Positions 11,093-21,380 of a stretch of 64,000 bases of DNA are shown in pieces. The notes beneath the pieces were generated by a model. The model was not told the DNA's origin, did not search any database, and was given only the letters and a program-made list of their open reading frames with translations. Position 1 is the first letter of the stretch. Each line of letters begins with the position of its first letter. The stretch comes from Spirochaetia bacterium. Lineage in GTDB: Bacteria; Spirochaetota; Spirochaetia; UBA9216. The DNA is taken from NCBI GenBank assembly GCA_965140585.1, contig OZ223264.1, positions 64,001 to 128,000 of the forward strand, given 5' to 3'. The translations under genes were made by a program, and so were the position numbers.

Positions 11093-12461
11093 TTATAAAT
11101 CTTCGCAGTTTTCATCATCAGGATCAACACAGCCGCGTTGTCCGGGTGCCGGAAGAGCCCTGGTCTGTCCTGTTTTTATATGACAGGCCTTCAGGTTGAA
11201 GAATTTAATCTGCTCTTCAATACTCTGGACCTGGTCCGCCAGGGTTGTCGCTGTTGCCGACATTTCTTCGGCCCCGGCGGCATTTTGTTGAATGATATTG
11301 TCCAGCTGCATGATAGCCGAGTTGATCTGATCAACACCGGTGCTCTGTTCTGCACTCGCTTGACTTATTTCGCGAATAAGCGCTGATGTTTTTTGAATAT
11401 CCGGAACAAGCTTGCCCAGGCGGTCGCCTGCATCGGTTGAAAGTTTTACAGTTTCTATTGAAAGTTGGCTTATTTCTGCAGCAGATATCTGGCTTCGCTC
11501 GGCCAGCTTGCGAACTTCTGAGGCTACTACTGCAAAGCCCTTTCCATGGTCGCCAGCTCTTGCCGCCTCAATAGCCGCATTCAACGCCTGCAGGTTTGTT
11601 TGCCTGGCTATTTCCTCAATAATTACTATCTTTTCAGCAATCTGCTTCATTGAATCAACGGCCAATACTACAACCTTGCCGATTCCTCCTATAATGTCAC
11701 ATAGAGAAAAAATCATGGAGTCGATTGCACGGGCCTGATCTCCGGTTTCATCCTTCATTTTCATATTCTTTTCAGGAACATCGATTTCAAGATTTCCCCG
11801 TGAAATTTCCTGAGTCAGTCTTACCCCGGTAACAATTGGTAAGGCAATTTTTTTTACTTATTATCCATGCTGCAATAATTCCGGCCACTGAAAGGATGAT
11901 TGTCAGTACCATTAGCAGCAGGATTATATTCCTTGCCAGCCTGTCGGCCAGTTTGGTTATATCGTCATTCGGAATTGCTACGTAGAGTATTCCAATTATT
12001 TCACCCACTGAATTATGAAGGGGATCATAGGCTGTTAAATAGTTTTTTCCCAGGATTGTTGCTGAACCCAGAAATCTTGTATCGGCCATAATAGGAGCAT
12101 ATGCAGAACTTGCTTTTCCGAGAAATGTTCCTACCGCACGTGAGCCGTCATCCTTTTTAAAAACTGTTGCCGTTATATCAAGCCTGCTTCCAAAGTCATC
12201 GATGAAATCAAAATCTTTTACAGGAGAACCGGATTTATCAAGCATAATTCTGTTCTCAATATATGCTGAACCGAATCTCTTATCAAAAGCAATTATAAGT
12301 GATTCTATATCGCCTTTCACCTTCATATTCAGAGCCGCAGTTGAGATATCAGTACTCAGCTTTTTCATGCCGACGTAGGCTACAGAAAGTCCTCCGAGTG
12401 TTATGACTAAAACAATTATTACAATAAACAGTATTATCTTATTGGTTATGGATACCCGCAT
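11093..12461 (-). pseudogene. Frameshifted and internally deleted MCP (Cache3/Cache2 sensor)
   Basis: 12461-11787 has TM plus DGSRAVGT...ILGKNYLTAYDPL Cache domain; frameshift at T8 11848-11855; 11764-11093 has HAMP end fused to a shortened MA domain ([20 protein letters not shown]). Confidence 0.85.
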
Positions 12462-12646
12462 TAGTAGTCCTGAAAAATTATAGAGTTTCTAATATATATG
12501 TTAGTGTCTGAGATTTTCGGAATCAAGGCTGAAGATTAAATTAGAGACTTTGAAACATCAGCTGAATATAAAGTCAAGAACCCAGCCAGTATGTTTATTA
12601 AGGTGCTGGTATAATTTAAATTCCATGCTATATTAAAATCGATGTT

Positions 12647-13431
12647 ATGTTTAAAAAAGTAATCTTCTACATTTTTCTGATATTGGTGTCATCTAATATT
12701 TTTTCTCTTCCTTTCCGCAGCAGCGGGCTATGGCTTGGTGCTGATGTTTCGGCAGACTTTCTGACTATATCAGAGCTTTCAAATTCTTCAATCTGGTACA
12801 GGACTGTGATGCCTGCTTATTCAGTTGACGGGAACTATGATTATTTAACCAATGAGAATGAGCTTCACCGCAGTGATTTTGGGGTGAAGTATTTTGAAAG
12901 TAACTGCTTCAAAATGAACACCGTGGAACTTGAGCCGGGTGATATGAGGATACTGCTTTTAAATATCTACGGTGATTACACAGATACCTGCCGTTTGTTT
13001 CTTATCTTGATTATATTACAGGGCTGAAAGTTTCCGGAACATATGACAGCTATGGATGGGTTGTTTCATCAGAAGGGGTCAGGGTAAACAGTTTCTTTGA
13101 TATTAAAGTGGGACCGGTAAACGGGTTTTCGGTGAATATTCCCGATCTTTTTGAAGTCAGGAGTGTTTTTGGTATACTTGCCGGAATTCCGGTTTCAGGC
13201 AGCATTGAATATCCGGGGGATCTGGAAAAAGCGATGTATCCGCTCGATCTGCTGCTTGAGGTTCAGACTGAAGCAACCCTGTTTCTGAACCGGATTTCTC
13301 TTTCCATATTTTATAACTGGTCACAGGAGTTTATTGCCGCGGTAGAGGATGAGGCAGAATACTTCACGCCAATATCATTTAATTCCCGGATTATTCACAG
13401 TGCAGGAATCAGTGCATGCGTAAAACTATAG
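12647..13431 (+). pseudogene. Frameshifted secreted, possibly outer-membrane beta-barrel protein
   Basis: Signal peptide in 12647-13027; the reading frame of 13108-13431 is open back to about 12980 (RYLPFVSYLDYITGLKVSG), implying one frameshift; alternating beta-strand pattern ending SAGISACVKL. Confidence 0.55.
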
Positions 13432-14147
13432 AGATAGTACTGTGTCTGCTGATTGCTTCTTTCATGATTTCCTGTTCATACATTGCCTATCCGGAGGATT
13501 GTGAAGTTATAGAGGGCGAGCGATGTTTTGTAGTCTGTGACGGTACACTTACTGCGGATCAATATGAGCAGATCTGCAGTCTTGCTGACGGTGTTTATCC
13601 CGTCCTTCAGTCAGAGATTGGAATACAGATGAGTTCAAAATTATATATCCACTTCAGTGATTTAAATTTCTCCGGATCAGCGGGAGCCGCAGGCACCGAA
13701 AGTATTTTTCTTGATGCAGATTATTATACAAGCCTTGATACAGACTATAAAATATACATGCTCAGACATGAAATGACACATATAATCTTTGAACAGAATT
13801 TCGGGGACACAACATCATTCATTTTCTCGGAAGGCATAGCTGAGTATTACAGCTCTTCAGATTCAGATTCTACGGCGGGAATATATGATATTGAAAACTG
13901 GATCGGTCTTTCATATTATGATTATTTTCTTAATGCGGACGAATATACTGAAATAAGCACAGAACTGTATTCATTGAGTCTTTCGTTTATAACTTTCTGG
14001 TGTTCACAATACGGTGAAGAAAGTTTAAAAGAGCTGTACCCGGGAATTACCGCAGAGAATATAATTGAAAAACTTGAAGATTACAGTCACAAGGATTTTG
14101 ATGAAATAGTGACCGATTACAATTGCTATCAGGGAGATCGTCTGTGA
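13416..14147 (+). CDS. Lipoprotein with gluzincin (peptidase MA-like) motif
   Basis: Lipobox FMISC; HEMTH followed by FSEGIAEY. Confidence 0.75.
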   Translation: MRKTIEIVLCLLIASFMISCSYIAYPEDCEVIEGERCFVVCDGTLTADQYEQICSLADGVYPVLQSEIGIQMSSKLYIHFSDLNFSGSAGAAGTESIFLDADYYTSLDTDYKIYMLRHEMTHIIFEQNFGDTTSFIFSEGIAEYYSSSDSDSTAGIYDIENWIGLSYYDYFLNADEYTEISTELYSLSLSFITFWCSQYGEESLKELYPGITAENIIEKLEDYSHKDFDEIVTDYNCYQGDRL

Positions 14148-15451
14148 AAACACTATTTGCTTTTGCGTTTGCAGTCCCGCTATTGTTCTGGTCATGTTTC
14201 CCGTTGACTGTAGATGTTGAAACAGAAAGCTCGGAGGGAGATGTTTCATACGTTCAGGAAGTGACTCTCGATGACGGCGAGGAAAAGAGGGTAGTAATCT
14301 GTTACGGCAGTAACAATGCATTGCTGATTCAAGTTACTGAGATAAATCAAACAGGTTATATAAAAGTTTCACTCAAATCCGCCTCTGATGTCGCAGAGGG
14401 CCTTCATATCTCAGATATGATTATCAAGATATATGATGATGAGCCCCTGATTGGGGACAGCGAATATACTCCATATGATTCTTATGACAGGGACAGCGAT
14501 ACGGCTGAGTACTATTTTATTTCCGACGGTGCTCAGAAATTTATTATCCTGTACCATGAAAATTCAGATTACAGCGGTTTGTTATACGGTGATGCAGTAT
14601 TTGATTTGAGGGTGGAATCATTTGCGTATTCAGTGGAACCCCCACAACCTGAAGATGAATATGAGCAGAGGTCTATCTCGGCAGGGCAGACCGATTCAGT
14701 TTCGGTGCCTTTCCTGGGAGAATCAGCATACATATACACGCTGAATGATATTGAAATTGACAAGTTCTATTCGGTAGCCGTTAGTCTTGATAAGAGTGCG
14801 TCTGTGCTAGGATCGGATTATGCTTATTATTTTACGGGTATTGGGCTGATTGCGTCCTCTTTAAGTCTGGAAAAATATTACAACGATTCTGTAATAAATG
14901 AGGATATCTGCATCTTCCAAATTACTTCGGATGAAGGGCTTTCCGGCACTGTTGGCGATGCAGTTGCGCTTAGAATAGTGGAATGTTTCACCGGGGATCT
15001 GCTTACTGTGGAATTACAGGAAACCACAGAACACATATTTGCTGATGACGCTTTTGAACCTGATCAGGGCCCTGTTACTGCCGGCGATATCATTGATACT
15101 GGACATCAGACCTCGGAGCTTCATACAATTATTGACAGAAATGAAGACTGGATACTCTGGGAGCCATGGGGTGCCGGTGATTACCGGATTACAGTTCAGC
15201 TGACTGATGCCTGGTATCCGGATTCATCAAACGAGAATTTCGAGTGCGGCATCGGTCTGAATCTCATAGATCCGAATGGTGCTGATGAACTTGAAGCTGA
15301 ATACTATAATTTTGATGAGGCTCCTGTAAGCCCGGTTGTAAGCAGCGATCAAATTGAGTTTACCCTTGAATCGGACACGGGTGAGCCGTATTTTATTCAA
15401 ACCGGTTCCGCCTGGGATCTCAGCTATAGGGTTATCGTAGATAAGCTTTAA
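14144..15451 (+). CDS. Acidic hypothetical lipoprotein
   Basis: GTG start overlapping the upstream stop (GTGA); lipobox LFWSC; very D/E/Y-rich; DDAFEPD motif. Confidence 0.7.
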   Translation: MKTLFAFAFAVPLLFWSCFPLTVDVETESSEGDVSYVQEVTLDDGEEKRVVICYGSNNALLIQVTEINQTGYIKVSLKSASDVAEGLHISDMIIKIYDDEPLIGDSEYTPYDSYDRDSDTAEYYFISDGAQKFIILYHENSDYSGLLYGDAVFDLRVESFAYSVEPPQPEDEYEQRSISAGQTDSVSVPFLGESAYIYTLNDIEIDKFYSVAVSLDKSASVLGSDYAYYFTGIGLIASSLSLEKYYNDSVINEDICIFQITSDEGLSGTVGDAVALRIVECFTGDLLTVELQETTEHIFADDAFEPDQGPVTAGDIIDTGHQTSELHTIIDRNEDWILWEPWGAGDYRITVQLTDAWYPDSSNENFECGIGLNLIDPNGADELEAEYYNFDEAPVSPVVSSDQIEFTLESDTGEPYFIQTGSAWDLSYRVIVDKL

Positions 15452-15472
15452 TTTAAAAACTATAATGCCTCC

Positions 15473-15838
15473 ATGGGATTATATTGGAAGGATATTGAAA
15501 TACTGCCCGGGATGCTTATAGAGGTGGAGCTTGTGCGTCCGGATGCCTTTGACGATGACGGCCGGCCTGTCAGGCTTACTTGGCAGATTATGAACTTCGG
15601 AACACGGCTTCCTGATGATGCCTACCTGCTTTATAAAAACGGAAAGAAGTATCCGCTTAAAAAAGTTGTTAAAAGCAGGCGACTTCAGTCGTTGATTAAA
15701 AAGGGCCAGCTTCTGCAGCTTCCTGCCGGTACGGATTATATGGTTGTTGAAGAAAGGCATAACGGTACAGAGTCCGGACTAAAGTGCTGCAACCTTGATA
15801 TGCTTGCGACCGTCAGGAGTATTCGGGTACTGGTGTGA
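15473..15838 (+). CDS. Hypothetical protein
   Basis: 121-aa ORF with plausible composition; TATAAT 6 nt upstream of ATG. Confidence 0.65.
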   Translation: MGLYWKDIEILPGMLIEVELVRPDAFDDDGRPVRLTWQIMNFGTRLPDDAYLLYKNGKKYPLKKVVKSRRLQSLIKKGQLLQLPAGTDYMVVEERHNGTESGLKCCNLDMLATVRSIRVLV

Positions 15839-16475
15839 GGATTTTTTCTATCAGCTTTTGCATAAACGGCAGCATTTTTCTGGCGATGCCTCCAACTAGA
15901 AATACCGCAACCAGAGTTCCTTCTCGTACACCATGTATTGTGTCGAAAAAATAAATTGAAAAAATACAGCTTAGCGCAACTACCGCGGCATCAAAGCCGA
16001 TTTTTATCTTCCCGAATTCAATTTTCGTAACATCGGCTATAGCATTGGTTGCGCCCTCAGGCGGCAGAACGATAACATCGGCAGCAAGCTCCATACTTAC
16101 CCCGACAGCAGCCAGTACGCAGCTAATAAGCATAAGAATAAACCGATAATGATATACTGCAGGTGTCAGCCATGATGTAATATAGATAGAAAAGTCTACA
16201 AGGTAGCCGAAAAGAAATGCTACAGGCAGCTGAATAAGGTGTATTGGTTTGAACCTTTTTCGAAGCAGAATTATCTGCAGCAGTACCATTACAAAATGGA
16301 ATACAATTGTGAATTGTCCGATAGTAAGCTTTTCTGTTAGGCTCAGTACAAACGGGAGTGTTGATATTGTCGATATTCCCAGGTTTGCCTTTACTGAAAG
16401 GGCGGAACCCAGAGAGAGTAACCAAATCCCCAGTATAAAAAATGTGTAGCGAGTAAATATTTCTTTGAATTTCAT
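15813..16475 (-). CDS. YczE/YyaS/YitT-like (DUF6198) membrane protein
   Basis: KANLGISTIS, FGKIKIGFD, GVREGT motifs; 6 TM helices. Confidence 0.85.
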   Translation of the reverse strand: MKFKEIFTRYTFFILGIWLLSLGSALSVKANLGISTISTLPFVLSLTEKLTIGQFTIVFHFVMVLLQIILLRKRFKPIHLIQLPVAFLFGYLVDFSIYITSWLTPAVYHYRFILMLISCVLAAVGVSMELAADVIVLPPEGATNAIADVTKIEFGKIKIGFDAAVVALSCIFSIYFFDTIHGVREGTLVAVFLVGGIARKMLPFMQKLIEKILTPVPEYS

Positions 16476-16484
16476 GTTCTTTTT

Positions 16485-16676
16485 TTAAAGTATCTTCTGG
16501 ACCCGGCCGACCTGGCCGTCTTCAAGTCTGACTTTTATCCCGTGAGGGTGGTTTGGTGATTTAGTAAGAAGATCGGCAACCACTCCCTCGGTAAGTTTTC
16601 CGGTGCGCTGATCCTTTTTTAAAACTATCGCAACCTTAATTCCCGGCTTTATATTTGCTCTGACTTTTCCGTCCAT
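16485..16676 (-). CDS. ywbE: YwbE family protein
   Basis: IVLKKDQRTGKLTEGVV...HPHGIKVRLEDGQVGRV signature. Confidence 0.88.
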   Translation of the reverse strand: MDGKVRANIKPGIKVAIVLKKDQRTGKLTEGVVADLLTKSPNHPHGIKVRLEDGQVGRVQKIL

Positions 16677-16687
16677 ATATTTCTTTC

Positions 16688-17317
16688 CTAAATATTTAAT
16701 ATTTCAGATGAATTAATAATTTTTATTCCATCTGATTCCAATTGTGATATTGAAGATCTTACACCCTCAGTTGTGACTCCTGCGCAGGCATCTCTGATAA
16801 CAAAAACTGATCCGTCTGCATTCAGCTGTCTGGCGTCTTCTGCAGTGTTCAGGACGCATACATCGGTTGCTATTCCGCAGATGTAAATTTCCAGCTGTTC
16901 TTTTAAAGGACATTTGCTTTTAAGCAATCCGAAAAGTCCTGTATCATTTTTCTTTTCGTTGTCAAAGAATGCAGAATATGAATCAACATCGGGGTTTGTT
17001 CCCTTTCTGATTATGCAGTCGACAGGATTCAGGTTGACAGAGGGTCTGAATTCCGCTCCGCGTGTCCCCTTTATGCAGTGATCCGGCCATACGACCTGAC
17101 CGGCTTCTTCATTCATTTCATATGGCTCAGATCCCCAGGTGGTCGCGAATGACACATGATCTGCCGGATGCCAGTCCTGAGTCGCAACGACGCAGTCGAA
17201 TATTTTGCTGGTTGACAGCCTGTTAATAACAGGAATAATCTTGTCACCGTCAGAAACAGCAAGACTTCCTCCAGGGCAGAAGTCATTCTGGACATCTACA
17301 ATAATCAATGTTTTCAT
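16688..17317 (-). CDS. pncA: Nicotinamidase/pyrazinamidase
   Basis: VDVQNDFCPGGSL, QDWHP, WPDHC, KG...DSYSAF, GIATDVCV. Confidence 0.92.
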   Translation of the reverse strand: MKTLIIVDVQNDFCPGGSLAVSDGDKIIPVINRLSTSKIFDCVVATQDWHPADHVSFATTWGSEPYEMNEEAGQVVWPDHCIKGTRGAEFRPSVNLNPVDCIIRKGTNPDVDSYSAFFDNEKKNDTGLFGLLKSKCPLKEQLEIYICGIATDVCVLNTAEDARQLNADGSVFVIRDACAGVTTEGVRSSISQLESDGIKIINSSEILNI

Positions 17318-17398
17318 CCCAGCATATTATGCCTGATCGTGTGCGAGGGTCAATATTTCTATTTACTGTATAGTGAGATTATAATTATAATATTTCCT

Positions 17399-18822
17399 AT
17401 GAAAAGCAGTGATATCTCCAACCAGGATGCAAAAAGAGTTTTCCAATTGCCTGAAAAGCTCGAAAATTCACTGCTTTAAAGGATTATTGAAAATTCGTAT
17501 GACGGATTATTGGCACCGACAACACCGGGCGGGTTCTTCTTGCCAACCCTCCGGCCGCAAATTTTATGAACCGTACCGTCGAGGAGCTTCTTGGCTATAA
17601 TGTCAGACTTCTGGTTGAAAAGGGTTTTTACAGTCAATCTACCATTCTGGAGACTATAAGGACGGGACAGACCGTAACAAAACTGATAACAATACCAAGC
17701 GGAAAGAAGGTTCTTTCAACAAGTATTCCTGTACTCAATGATGATAATACCGTTAATCTGATTGTTACCACTACAATTAATCAGGATCTGGTTGATACAT
17801 ATGTGGATGCGATTGAACAAGAAAAGACAAAATCGGAAAAATATAAAAGTGCCGCCAATTATCTTGATGGTCTTTAATCCAGAGCTAATGAGATTGTCTT
17901 TAAAAGCGAAAAAATGAAGCGGGTATGATTGCCAGAACCGACAGTACTGTTCTGATAACCGGGGAATCGGGCACGGAAAAAGAAGTTATTGCAAGATTTA
18001 TTCACAGAAACAGCTTCCGATTCAGAGAACCCTTTATTCCGGTTAACTGTGCAGCAATACCTGAGGAATTGATGGAGTCGGAATTTTTCGGGTATGACAA
18101 GGGGGCTTTTTCCGGAGCAAATTCAAGAGGGAAACTGGGCTTCTTTGAGATGGCTGATAACGGAACTCTTTTTCTTGATGAAATCGGAGAGCTGTCTTTG
18201 AACCTGCAGTCTAAACTGCTGAGGGTTCTTGAGACAGGAGAGTTTCAGCGCTTTGGCGGCGTTGCGATAAAAAAATCGGATGTCAGGCTTGTTGCGGCAA
18301 CTAATAAAGATCTAGCCTCAATGGTCACTCGCGGGGTTTTCAGGGAGGATTTATATTACAGACTCAATGTTATCCCTGTTTCCATACCGCCGCTGAGGGA
18401 GAGGCCGGAAGATATTTTGAAGCTTTCTGATAAGTTTTTAAAGGAATTCAACGCGAAATTCGGGACTGATAAGGCATTTTCAAAGAACCTTCTTGTTAAT
18501 TTTATGAACTACAGCTGGCCGGGTAATGCGAGAGAATTAAGGAACCTGATTGAAAGGCTTGTTATTATTTCCAGCGGAAAAGAACTGAATTATGATTTTA
18601 AGGGTGATTATTGCTCGGAAAAAGATACGGTTGAGTCAAAGCTTGATAAAAAAGGAACTGAATTTGTTCCTTATTAAGGATGCCGTTAAGACGTATGAGC
18701 AGACTTATATAAAAGCTGCAGTAGATTCATGTAATGGTAAAATTTCAGCGGCGGCAAATCTGCTTGGAATTCACCGGACCATGATATATCGAAAGCTTGA
18801 ATCTTCTTCTTTAGATGATTAG
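17399..18822 (+). pseudogene. Fragmented sigma54-dependent activator (PAS-AAA+-Fis HTH)
   Basis: PAS start IIENSYDG after a premature stop; fragments 17566-17877, 17925-18677 ([31 protein letters not shown]; Walker A altered to GESGTEKE) and HTH AANLLGIHRTMIYRKL in 18592-18822. Confidence 0.88.
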
Positions 18823-18826
18823 GTTT

Positions 18827-18887
18827 TGTAGTATAATCGCTACATATGTAGTAAATATGCTACAATAAATGTTGCAAAATTGCTACA
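18827..18887. promoter_or_regulatory. Three tandem 18-bp enhancer (UAS) sites, TGT-N12-ACA
   Basis: TGTAGTATAATCGCTACA (18827), TGTAGTAAATATGCTACA (18847), TGTTGCAAAATTGCTACA (18870), about 130-190 bp upstream of a -24/-12 promoter. Confidence 0.8.
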
Positions 18888-19012
18888 AGTAAAAATCATA
18901 ATAAAATAAACTCAGTGTAATAAAGTCTGAAATTTGATAAATACCAGCTGTTTTTCCCATTTTTCTCTCCTAATCAACGGTTTCTATAAATAATTCAAAT
19001 AAAAAATTGATT

Positions 19013-19028
19013 TGGTATGTAACTTGCA
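19013..19028 (+). promoter_or_regulatory. sigma54 -24/-12 promoter
   Basis: TGGTATGTAACTTGCA with GG-N10-GC spacing, upstream of AAGGAG RBS and ATG 19072. Confidence 0.85.
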
Positions 19029-19071
19029 TTTATGACTTCGAGAATATCATTTAGATAAGGAGAAGAATTAA

Positions 19072-20265
19072 ATGAGTATTGTTTTGAGTGGACTGGGAAT
19101 CCTGTTCGGGTTTCTTCTGCTGATAGTCGGCGCCTGGAAGAAGATCAACCTTCTTGTTGTAACGCTGGCTGCAACTGCAGTAATCGCAATTTTTAACGGA
19201 TTGAATATCGCCGAAGTCTGGGCCGGAACCTATATGGAGGGGTTCACAAGTTTCGCAGGAAAGTATCTGCTTCTTTTCTGTTTCGGTTCGTTGTTTGGTA
19301 AAATCATTGAAGACAGAGGTGCCGGCTGGAGAATTGCAAATACAATTGCATCAAAAACCGGCCATAAAAAAGCCCTGGGTGCGCTTACTCTTGTGACAGC
19401 CCTTCTGTTTTACGGCGGTGTAAGTATATTTGTAATTGTATTTTTTATTCTGCCCATCGGAAAGAGTCTGTTTAAGAAAATCGGGATTCCCTGGTATCTC
19501 TTCCCTGGAATAGCAATGATCTGAACAATTCCTGCAGTCGGAATGCTTACCTGAACTCTGCAGATCCTGAATATTATTCCTACAAACTTCCTTGGTACTA
19601 CTCTGACAGCCGGAGCCGGCGTCGGTCTTGTTGCAACTGTTGTATATTTTATGATGGCTTATTTTTATACAAGACGTGTAATTCGAACCAATGCAGGTAA
19701 TTTTGTCCTTGCAGATTTCAATACAGGGCATGATGTGGAATTAAATGAGGAAGAGCTTGATTCAAGAGCGCCGAATGTTATCTTTTCGCTTATTCCAATA
19801 GCCGTTGCGCTTATCCTGATAAACGTATTCAAGATTAACATTATCATAGGAATGCTGCTTGCCAGTGTTGTCGGTGTCGCCCGAACCGTAGCCGCAGTTC
19901 CCTTCTTTGATGTAATGAAAGATGCTCTTCTTAATCTTCAGGCTAATGGTCTGATAAAGGTAATTGCAACCACATCTGTTCTTTCTGCAATGACCGGATC
20001 TTCGTCTGGAAGTATGACAATGATTCTTGATCTTTTCAGTCAGGACTTTCTGTCATGGGGATACGCCCCGGGACTTCTGCACAGATTGATCTCTGTTGCC
20101 GCTCTGGGTTTTGATTCTCTGTCATGGAATTCAGTTGTTGTAGTTTTCTTTACCTTAAGCGGGGATTCATATGCAAAGGGATATAAACATGTTTTTGCCT
20201 ATACTGTAGTTATGCCTTTAATATGTGCCTTTCTTATTATTGCCATATCACCAATATTTTATTAA
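19072..20265 (+). pseudogene. GntP/IT-superfamily organic-acid permease with nonsense mutations
   Basis: ORFs 19072-19524 and 19651-20265 share one frame interrupted by two TGA (19522, 19552); GSLFGKIIED, LFYGGVSIFV, QILNIIPT, SAMTGSSSG motifs. Confidence 0.8.
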
Positions 20266-20277
20266 ACAGGAGTTTAA

Positions 20278-20499
20278 ATGAGTAATTCAGATACAAAGAA
20301 ATATCTGATCCAGCAACTTCATGATCCTAATATGGGGTCACCTGAGTTTCAGGAGATGCATACAATTACCAAGTCATCACTGATATTTATACCGGCAGGT
20401 ATGCCTCATATGCCCCTGTCGCTTAAAAGGGTTGATAGACCCATCTTTCATTTTTCAGTAGTAATGAACCCCGAATACTACGACGGGGCTTACAAATAG
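20278..20499 (+). pseudogene. Small cupin-like protein, probably internally deleted
   Basis: RBS AGGAG; keeps only a cupin motif-2-like segment ITKSSLIFIPAGMPHMPL and lacks motif 1. Confidence 0.45.
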
Positions 20500-20556
20500 A
20501 GGAAAAGTTATAATTTCGTTGCTTACATTACAGGTAATATACTAATATTACCTGTA

Positions 20557-21372
20557 ATGACTAATAAAACACTGCAGTCTTTTCTACCCCGTAAGGGAAT
20601 CACAATTATCAGCGGTTATACCGATGCTGATATTCTTGTTTATGTAGCAGCATATGAACTGGATAAGGATAACAGTATCGAGATCCGTTTTCCGAAGGGA
20701 CATCGATTTAAAGATGGTCAGTTTGTGACTCTGCACCTTGATAACAGGACCGGAGTCGAAGAATACGATTCAGATTTACGGGTTTACCGAACATCCTACC
20801 GGGGTATTGTTTCAAATATTAAGGGAAATGATATAAAAGTCCTTCCGAAAGAATTCATGTGCTACTATTCGAACGACTGTGTCATAAAATATGTGTCGCC
20901 TGATTTTCAATATGATTTTGTAAATGAAACAAACCCCATACCGGAATCCGGAATAGAACATTCTGAACTTCGCTGGACCGGAAGAGAGTACGAGAATAAG
21001 CTGGGAGTTTTAATCACACGGCTTAAAGAGTATCCTCACTCTTCCTTAATGGCTTTTCTTTCCACCGAATGTGATGATATTTTTCTGATCACCCTGAAAA
21101 GCCTGTTTAAGTCTTCGGTAATCCACCGGGATAACAGATGCTGTTTTGCGATTGATCACAGGTCGGATTTTGTATTTGAAAAAGCCTATGACTGGAATTA
21201 CACAATTGTGGAGGCAGATGCTTACACAGTGTCTAACAGTAATCCTGTCTTTGAAGAGATTCAGTCGAGGTTTGTAGATAAGAACCCCTGGGAAGCTTCA
21301 TTCTTTCTAAGTCCTGAAGTTGAAATGTTTCATCTTAAACCGAATAAAATACTGATGCCCGATACAATATAG
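20557..21372 (+). CDS. Hypothetical protein with C-terminal pyridoxamine-5'-phosphate-oxidase-like split-barrel domain
   Basis: PHSSLMAF...IFLITLKSLFKSSVIHRDNRCCFAID resembles the PNPOx-like K..ni..np.v.f pattern. Confidence 0.55.
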   Translation: MTNKTLQSFLPRKGITIISGYTDADILVYVAAYELDKDNSIEIRFPKGHRFKDGQFVTLHLDNRTGVEEYDSDLRVYRTSYRGIVSNIKGNDIKVLPKEFMCYYSNDCVIKYVSPDFQYDFVNETNPIPESGIEHSELRWTGREYENKLGVLITRLKEYPHSSLMAFLSTECDDIFLITLKSLFKSSVIHRDNRCCFAIDHRSDFVFEKAYDWNYTIVEADAYTVSNSNPVFEEIQSRFVDKNPWEASFFLSPEVEMFHLKPNKILMPDTI

Positions 21373-21380
21373 GAGCTGTT

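Noticed and set aside
18827-18887. Three near-identical 18-mers as a mini-CRISPR or iteron set
   Set aside because: Spacers are only 2-5 nt, and their position upstream of a -24/-12 box fits activator binding sites.
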